Assembly: GCA_951406725.2 (NCBI GenBank)
Contig: OX597828.1
Span: 45,260,001 to 45,324,000, forward strand
DNA: 64,000 nt
Direction of reading: 5' to 3'
From: Octopus vulgaris
Taxonomy: Eukaryota
The first letter of the stretch is position 1. The number at the start of each line of letters is the position of its first letter. A model generated the notes under the pieces. That model had not been told where the DNA came from, searched no databases, and saw only the letters and a list, made by a program, of their open reading frames with translations. Made by a program: the position numbers and the translations under genes. Below are positions 54,919-64,000 of the stretch, in pieces.

Positions 54919-55667
54919 ATGTATGTATGTATGTATGTATGTATATGTGTATATATGTATGTATATATATATATAAATATGTATGTATATATATACAAAA
55001 ATGATGGAATATATTTAAATAATGGTATATATAAAATAATGGAAATTCACGCACATTCTGTTGTGAGATTAGTGCACTTAAGTATTTAAGAACATGAAGA
55101 ATACGAATCAGGAAGGTGATGACAAAAATAGCCAGACCAGAGCGCAAAGTTTAATTATGATAGAGTTTCCATTTTCAAGTCAGACAGCTACAAACAAATA
55201 CCAAACAAAACAAAATGAAAAAAAAAAATAAAATAGAGAAGACGAAAAAGAAAATCAAACAATAACATCATAGCAAAGTCTGCAATTCTTTGGAAAGGAA
55301 TTTGAACTGTTCATTGACTAAGAAAGATGTTTACGGTTTGAAGACTTCAGATCTGATGAAAATAAATAATTTTTAATTTCCTACTATTGAACACCTGCAC
55401 TGCATATGTATGTGTGGGTGTATGTACATAGATATGTATACACTCATATGTATATGAGTGTGTATGTGTGTGTGTGTATAACTGTATATATATGTACACA
55501 GATAAGATCAACAGTAAGTAAATGCATGCATACACATATATTCATATATACATACACACATACACACACTTATATACATATATACATATATATATATATA
55601 CATACATGTATACATACATATACATATGTATGTGTGTATGTTTATGCATGTGTGTGTATGTGTGTGC

Positions 55668-55738
<71 letters not shown>

Positions 55739-56249
55739 CAAGCAAAAGAATATCTCAAGAATACAGTAGGAATGTGGCCGAAGTCTGTCGTGGCTAATGA
55801 AGTAAAGTTCTCATTCTTCTAATTAAAAATGCATAATAAGTATCTGTAATGAGCTGATAATTAATTATCCATCATCTGTTATCATTAATTTGATTATAAT
55901 ACACCAAGGGGATTCATGACTTGTCGGACACCCTGGAGTATATCGACAATACACAGTTCAACATAACATGTGTTTTGTTACAGCCCTTAGCTGCTAAATA
56001 CTTATAAGGTTGGTTTTCTCTGTGTAAACGGCCAGAATATCTTATTTGATACTTACCAACCATAGGCTGGAACCACAGGTATATCCAACCCTAGCTGGGG
56101 CATATCTTTTTGATTCTATCTGAATCCTTATTTCATTATTATATATATATATATATAAAGGACCATTTACAGCCATGAATGACCATGGTATTGCACCTAG
56201 AAAGTTCCCCTCTGAGGCATATATATATATATATATATATATATACTAC

Positions 56250-56299
<50 letters not shown>

Positions 56300-56410
56300 A
56301 TATACGAGTATATGTGTGTATGTATTATACGTTGCGATGCATATATATATGTATATATATTATATATATGTATATATATATTAAATATATATATTTCTAC
56401 ATTTCTACAT

Positions 56411-56897
56411 AATTAGAGTAAAGTCAATAATTAATGATTTATCAGTGGCCAGCGTAGAAAATGACCATATGGGTTAAATTAATATTTAAAGTATAATCAT
56501 AAAAATATAATCATAGTACAGGGCGCTGGAGGGACAGTGCCTGCATGCTAGAAACAGATGTCAAACGACTACGAACCACTTAAGTTGTAACTCCAATTAA
56601 CATAAGGCTGTATGCGAGGAAAATGAACAGTAATGAGTTATAAAAATATTGTGGATGATTTTTATAAATCTTTTCTGTCCATTTTCCTCGCATACAGCCT
56701 TGTGTTAAATGGAATAATAACTAAGTGGTTTATTGGTGTTTGACATCTATTTTTAGCATGCTGGTACTGTCCCTCCAGTGTCCTTTAGTATGATGTTATT
56801 TTTTTATTATTATATTTTAAATATTAATTTAACCCATATGGTCTTTTTTGTATGCTGGCCATGGATAAATCATTAATTAATGATTATATCTTAATTA
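56411..56897. repeat. Diverged palindrome, ~220-bp arms, within (TA)n
   Basis: 56411-56629 pairs with 56675-56897 (e.g. aaggctgtatgcgaggaaaatg / cattttcctcgcatacagcctt); shares tatcagtggccagc...ggttaaatt with 59879-59922. Confidence 0.9.
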
Positions 56898-56899
56898 TG

Positions 56900-56949
<50 letters not shown>

Positions 56950-57031
56950 TATATATATATACATACATACACATATGTACATACATATATACATATTTAT
57001 ATAATAAAAATTCAACTGACTCTCAATTATT

Positions 57032-57084
<53 letters not shown>

Positions 57085-57530
57085 TATATATATATACAAA
57101 CATACATACACATACATATATATATTTATACATACATACATATGTACATACTTACATATATAATTATATATATATAAATGTATGTATGTATATATGTATA
57201 TATGTATATATATATATATATATATATACCATGTTTATTTTATCATATACATCCAGTACACTCTACAATGTTATTAAATGAGCAGGAACAACTTTGGGCA
57301 GAGTAAACTCTTTAGCATTGTTGGGGGACACGACCACCTTTCTGGTGCTGGTGCCATTATACATATCACTTTCTAAAGAGTCGGCATTAGGAAGGACATA
57401 GAAACCAGAAGTAAAATAGCAATGTATAGATGACATCATCACTGATCCTTGCTGGAAAGCCACAACCCTCTACAAGGATGATTCAGTCAAGAACAGACTG
57501 TCCATCCCACATTCATATGGCAAAGTAGAT

Positions 57531-57936
57531 AGGCGCAGGAGTGGCTGTGTGGTACGTAGCTTGCTAACCAACCACATGGTTCCGGGTTCAGTCCCACTGC
57601 GTGGCATCTTGGGCAAATGTCTTCTGCTATAGCCCCGGGCCGACCAATGCCTTGTGAGTGGATTTGGTAGATGGAAAATGAAAGAAGCCTGTCGTATATA
57701 TGTATATATATATGTATTTGTGTATGTGTGTTTGTGTGTCTGTGTTTGTTCCCCTAGCATTACTTGACAACCGATGCTGGTGTGTTTATGTCCCCGTCAC
57801 TTAGCGGTTCGGCAAAAAAAAGAGGCCGATAGAATAAGTACTGGGCTTAAAAAGAATAAGTCCCGGGGTCGATTTGATCGACTAAAGGCGGTGCTCCAGC
57901 ATGGCCGCAGTCAAAATGACTGAAACAAGTAAAAGA

Positions 57937-57938
<2 letters not shown>
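57531..57938 (+). mobile_element. SINE family A, full length
   Basis: aggcgcaggagtggctgtgtgg...gaaacaagtaaaagag. Confidence 0.92.
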
Positions 57939-57976
<38 letters not shown>

Positions 57977-58384
57977 GAATGATGAATGATGATATATATA
58001 TATATATGTATATATATATATTTTACAATTTTTTTATTTATTCATTTTTATTTTTATATCCTTGATGTTAGTGATGTAACTCTGAGGCATTCCAGTGTGT
58101 GTATGTGTGTTTGTGCATATATGTGTATATATATATATATCTGTGTGTCTGTGTGTCTATGTGTAGGGTTACGTACATTGTTGTATCTTCCTTAACAAAT
58201 GCACATGCCCTGTTTCTCTCTCTCTCTCTTTCTCTCTCACTCAATCTCTTTATACATATACATATATATAAATATACATGTATATAAATAAACATACATT
58301 TTATCGATTGATCTATCCATCTGTCTATCTATTTGTCTGTGTATCAATCTACCTATCTATCCATCTATCTGTCTGCCTGTTTAT

Positions 58385-58418
<34 letters not shown>

Positions 58419-58420
58419 CC

Positions 58421-58492
<72 letters not shown>

Positions 58493-58756
58493 GTCTGCCT
58501 GTCTGTTTAACTGTCTGTTTGTCAGTCTACCCTATTTGTCTGTTTGTCTGTCTGTCTATCTATCCATCTATCCATCTATCCATCCGTCTCCATCTGATGA
58601 GCTTTTCTCAGTTTCTCTCCATGAAATTCATTCTAAAGGTTTTGATTGATTCTACATATACTGTAGACAACCCATTGTCAAGGTGTCAGTCAGTAAACCT
58701 GAACTCAAAACTGTGTGGCTGGGAACTGAACTGCTAAACCTTTACCTGTACACACA

Positions 58757-58801
<45 letters not shown>

Positions 58802-58820
58802 ATGTAAACATATACATGCA

Positions 58821-58957
58821 CAGCTTGCTTACCAGCCACATGGTTCCGGGTTCAGTCCCACTGCATGGCACCTTGGGTAAGTGTCTTCTACTATAGCCTT
58901 GGGCCGACCAAAGCCTTGTGAGTAGATTTGGTAGACGGAAACTGAAAGAAGCCCATC

Positions 58958-59022
<65 letters not shown>

Positions 59023-59238
59023 CATGTTTGTGTCTGTGTTTGTCCCCCCAACATCACTTGACAGTTGATGCTGGTGTGTTAACGTCCCTGTAACTTAGTG
59101 TTCGGCAAAAAAGAAACCAATAAAATTAGTACTAGGCTTACAAAGAATAAGTCCTGGGGTTGATTTGATCGACTAAAGGCGGTGCTCCAGCATGGCCACA
59201 GTCAGATGACTGAAACAAGTAAAAGAGTAAAAGAGAGT
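58821..59238 (+). mobile_element. SINE family A, slightly 5'-truncated
   Basis: agcttgcttaccagccacatggttccggg...aaaagagtaaaagagag; a degenerate minus copy lies at ~58600-58740. Confidence 0.9.
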
Positions 59239-59400
59239 AATGCTTTATCTCATTGCATACAAATATTCTTTATCACATTCCTCAACTCTACCAAGCAAGC
59301 AAGTGACCAACCAACCATAGTTCAACCAGCAGGATTCAGCCAATAGCAGTTACACACACATACACATCATATATAAATATATATATATATATATTATATT

Positions 59401-59446
<46 letters not shown>

Positions 59447-59448
<2 letters not shown>

Positions 59449-59790
59449 TCAGTATAAAATAGTGTACGTTTCAACACAAGAGAAAACTACCTTTAACAGG
59501 TAATTTTACACGCTAGAAGAAGCAGTCAAAATGACCAAAACCACATTTAAGAGCAATTTTCAAAGGGAATGAAAAATAAAAACTTTTACCTTGTTATTTT
59601 TTGTTTCAGATTTAGGTTTCAGATTTCTTTTTGACTGCTTCTTCTAGCATGTATAAATTACCTGTTAAAGGTAGTTTTCTTTTGTGTTTAAATGTACACT
59701 ATTTTATATTGGGAATATGTTATCTATTGACTTTTTATACACTGCTAGGCCACTGGTGGTGAAATTTCTAAGAATATTCACTACCCTATA
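59447..59790. mobile_element. PLE-LTR-like element with ~85-bp inverted arms, same family as 12805-13043
   Basis: 59447-59531 pairs with 59627-59713 (agaaaactacctttaacaggtaattt / aaattacctgttaaaggtagttttct); (TA)n flanks. Confidence 0.75.
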
Positions 59791-59799
59791 TATATCTTA

Positions 59800-59840
<41 letters not shown>

Positions 59841-60028
59841 TACATCTAATATAGGATAAGATTTTTCGGAAAAAATTCTATCAGTGGCCAGCATATTAAA
59901 AGATACCTTTAAAGGTTAAATTTATAAACAAGGGCAAAAGAAAAAAGAATTAAATGGTTATTGACGATGTGTCTGTTTTCAGCATATTTGGCATTAGAAA
60001 TTTTTTTTCTTTTGCCCTTGTTTATAAG

Positions 60029-60078
<50 letters not shown>

Positions 60079-60221
60079 GGATTAATCAGCCGAAATTGCT
60101 AAGATGATCCGGTTCTCAACTGAAGATTAGAGGCTTCGAATGACCCATCTGTTTTTTTGTGTCGTCTGTTTGTGTTTTTGCGTTCTTGTCCCATTTTGTA
60201 ATTTATATTTAATTTCTATAC

Positions 60222-60264
<43 letters not shown>

Positions 60265-60309
60265 TAGATATGTATGTATATCTGTATATATATGTATATG
60301 TATATATAT

Positions 60310-60857
60310 ATTAACTTAGAATAACTTAACTTAGAAAGGTTTTTGGCCAGTATTGGCCCAGGCCATGTCTAACTTAATAGCACCACCTGCGAAGTCTTTC
60401 AGTTCAGGATTTGGGCACCAAGGCCCATTCGAGCAGAGAGTTATTGTTTGCGGAGACATATCCGGGTGTGGATGGTTTGTCCGGTACTGTTTGAAGGAAT
60501 TTGTCCAAAGACTTCTTGAATTTTGTGTGGTCAGTTTCTTTTTTGACGTGTCCTGGTGTAATGTTGAAGAGAGCGGGTCCAATTGAGGTGAAATAGTTGT
60601 GCCGTATTGTCGTTATGTGATGCGATTTAGATTTTTGTTGTGGACGGATGGCACGTGGTCCAAGCCTTGGATGCATTTTGAAGGTGATGCCAACATCATT
60701 CGGACAGTGCTGATGGAATATTTTCCACATCATACAGATAATGTAGCGTTCACGGCGTCGTTGGAGTGAATACAATTTCAGCTTCTCTAGTCCCCAGTAG
60801 TCAAGGTCTGACATGCCATCTATCTTTTGTGATTGACCTTTGGGGAGCTTCAATTCT
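60310..60857 (-). mobile_element. 5'-truncated CR1-group LINE 3' end
   Basis: [26 protein letters not shown]...GPALFNI...FKKSLDKFLQTVPDKP...NNSL; short 3' UTR with (taagt)-type tail; (TA)n flanks. Confidence 0.88.
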
Positions 60858-60858
60858 A

Positions 60859-60899
<41 letters not shown>

Positions 60900-60902
60900 C
60901 AA

Positions 60903-60986
<84 letters not shown>

Positions 60987-61639
60987 TATATATTATATTT
61001 TGATATATATATATGTAAATATATATATGAAATATTGACAACTCTCTTTTTAAGTGACTGCTATAAATAAACTGTCACAAGAAGCAGACTGAAGGGGTGT
61101 GGGTGAGGGGAATCAAACCAAAACTGTAAATTGTCATATTAGCAGAATGTTAATGCTGATGGCTAAGCTGGGATATTGATCTTTATCATATATCTGTGGA
61201 CGAATTGATACAGAAGAATTGATATAGACAATGAAATCAACCTTGTGTATTAGAAACCGATTGGAGGGTATCTCTATGGTTATAAGACTGGAAAGAAATG
61301 GTAGTTAATTCCTCATAATCACCAACTCCATTGTTTTGTCATCCATTCTTCCATCCTTGCATGGGTCAGACAGATGGAATTTATAGAGGTAGATTTTCCA
61401 CGGTCGGATGCTTTTTCTGTTGTCAATGCCTTATTTGTTTCCAAGGAAGGTGATATTTCTCCTTGGTCGGAGATGTTCTCGCAGAATACTGGAAATGAAG
61501 ACATTGCGTGTATGGCAGCAAAACTTATTTATAGCTATCGCATGATGCCAAAGCAAGGACAAACGTTAGTCTGGCAGCATGCAAATATATCCAGAACACT
61601 GGAGCATGATGTAGTCTTTGGACCTTATATATAAGCCTT

Positions 61640-61925
61640 GGTGAGGGCATATGGCTTGTAAGGTCATGAGTTCAATTCCCAGTGACGCGTTGTGTCCTTG
61701 AGCAAGACACTTCATTTCCTGTTGCTTCAGTCTTCTCAGCTTGCGAAAATGAATTGTACTTGTAATTCAAAGGGTCAGCTTTGTCACATTATGGTGTCAT
61801 GCTGAATCACCTTGAGAACTACTCTAAGGGTATGCACGTTTGTGGAATACTCAGCCACTTGCATGTTAATTTCATGAGCAGGCTGTTCTGTCGATTGGCT
61901 CAACTGAAACCTTCATCACTGTGTG
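61640..61925 (+). mobile_element. SINE family E copy
   Basis: gagttcaattcccagtgacgcgttgtgtccttgagcaagacacttcatttc. Confidence 0.7.
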
Positions 61926-62476
61926 CAACAGCGTGCCAGTTTTATAGAAGCCTCAAACCCAGGCCACAGATGTTAAATATTGGTAACAATGATGATGACA
62001 AAGATGGAATAATCAATAGGATTCTTACAGTTTCCATCAACTAAATCCATCAAAAGGTTTTGGTCGACTCAAGGTTGATATTGAAGACTCTTGGCTAAGG
62101 TTCCATGCAGTGGGACTGAACTCAAAACCAATTGGTTGGGAAGTAAACTTCTTGACCACACAGCCACATCTTCACTTATAAACCTGTCTGAAATTACTCA
62201 GCAAGATGTTGGTCAAAGAGAAATGAAAATGGAAGATGTATTAGATATAGAAGCCTGCCTTATATCTTATGTGGAACGATGGGATGGACCTGGTTGGAAG
62301 GTCTTTGATCATAGGTTTCTTTGATTAAGGTTGAAGGGGAAGGGTTAAGCCAAAAGGGTTAAAAAGAACAACAGTTAGCAATAGTGATGACAACAACAAT
62401 GGGATTATAACAGTAACAATAATAAGCAACAATAATGACAACATCAACAACTATTACGATGACAACAGCAGCAGAA

Positions 62477-63002
62477 GTGGAGGCGCAATGGCCCAGTGCT
62501 TAGGGCAGCAGACTCGCGGTCATAAGAACGCTGTTTCAATTCCCAGACCAGGCATTATGAGTGTATATTGAGCAAAACACCTATGCTCCACAAGGCTTTG
62601 GCGGAGAGCGGGATGGACCTCGCTGTACTCTTTCGCCACAACTTTCTCTCGCTCTTTCTTTCTACTTCTGCCACAAAGCAGAGGAACCATGGTGCAACCC
62701 ACTCTGGTGTGGTAAAACTTTCAGACCCTAGTCTAGATTGCGAATCCTCTGTACCCCCAGGATGGTTTCAGCTCTCCACCCGTTAAAAGCCACCGTTTAC
62801 GGAATGGGGATAACAACGTAGCTTTTGCACCCATGCATCCGCCAGTCTGTTGCATGGCTAATGGCATGAGTCCTGATTGGAAGAAGAAGAAGAAGAAGAA
62901 GAAGAAGAAGAAGAAGAAGAAGAAGAAGAAGAAGAAGAAGAAGAAGAAGAAGAAGAAGAAGAAGAAGAAGAAGAAGAAGAAGAAGAAGAAGAAGAAGAAG
63001 AA

Positions 63003-63073
<71 letters not shown>

Positions 63074-63110
63074 AGAAGAAGAAGAAGAAGAAGAAGAAGA
63101 AGAAGAAGAA
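62477..63110 (+). mobile_element. tRNA-derived SINE with ~230-bp (GAA)n tail
   Basis: ggaggcgcaatggcccagtgcttagggcagc (A-box-like)...gtttcaattcccagacc (B-box-like)...ttgagcaaaacacc; body to 62880, then (GAA)n to 63110. Confidence 0.75.
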
Positions 63111-63794
63111 CTGCAAGAGCAACAGCATCAAGATCAACAACATTGACATCATCATCATTGTCAACAACAAATACATGTCACACTACCACCACCACAACCA
63201 CCATTAATAACAATAACTAGCACCACCACCACAACCACCACCACCACCACCACCAATCCTGCTGCCACTACTACTACTACTACTACTGCTGCTGCTACTA
63301 CTACTACTACTACAACTACTACTACTACTTTAACAGCCACGACCACCTATACAATAACAACACTACAACCACCACTACCACCAACAACAACAATAATAAA
63401 ACACAATAAAACCTCCAGCAGCAACATCAGCAACAACATATGAACTATAACAACAACAACAACAATGAAAGCAACAAAAGTTAGATTTCCCCAAAAAATT
63501 GTAGTAATAGGGTGCATTTAGAGAGTGTAGGCTGTGGAGGTCTGCATGCATGGTTACTATGGATACAGTGTCGTGCTGAAGACAAGGGCACCACTGTCCA
63601 TTGTTAATAAGAAAACAAGGTAGACTTGTACTTAATTATGAAACAGCAAGTTACTGGAGATATAGGGTCATTAGTGGGATTATTAAAAAGTGTGCATATA
63701 TACACACATATATATGTACATATGTATGTGTGTATGTATGTATGTATGCATGTATGTATGTATGTAAGTATGTGTATGTATGTATGTATGTATG

Positions 63795-63825
<31 letters not shown>

Positions 63826-64000
63826 GTATGTGTATGTATGTATGTATACACATGCAAACACACCCATACTTATACACACACACACACATATACATAATGA
63901 TAGATATAAGAGAGATATAAAGGGTAGGGTGCATGTGGGTGTAAATATATGTGTGTGTATGCATGTGTGTTTGTGTGTGTGTCTGTATATATATATATAT

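Noticed and set aside
62833-63207. Poly-K/E/F ORFs
   Set aside because: (GAA)n tail of a SINE.

Overview
AT-rich eukaryotic non-coding DNA, extremely dense in microsatellites ((TA)n, (TATG)n, (GATA)n, (ATT)n, (CAT)n, (GGT)n, (GAA)n). The repeat landscape is consistent with an octopus or other coleoid cephalopod intron or intergenic region (inference). I see no intact host gene. Almost all ORFs in the supplied track are translated microsatellites. Real coding remnants come from transposable elements: two deleted mariner elements, RTE, CR1-group and Tx1/L1-like LINE 3' ends. There are at least four multi-copy SINE or SINE-like families, Helentron, hAT and Tc1-type non-autonomous elements, and a 133-bp higher-order minisatellite. 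The most notable signal is a set of short Penelope-like elements, mostly inserted in (TA)n tracts. Several carry type I hammerhead ribozyme cores and several form long palindromes. At 1568-1962 a near-perfect ~180-bp-arm palindrome carries an apparently intact hammerhead on each strand. All alignments and folds were done by eye, and repeat boundaries are approximate.
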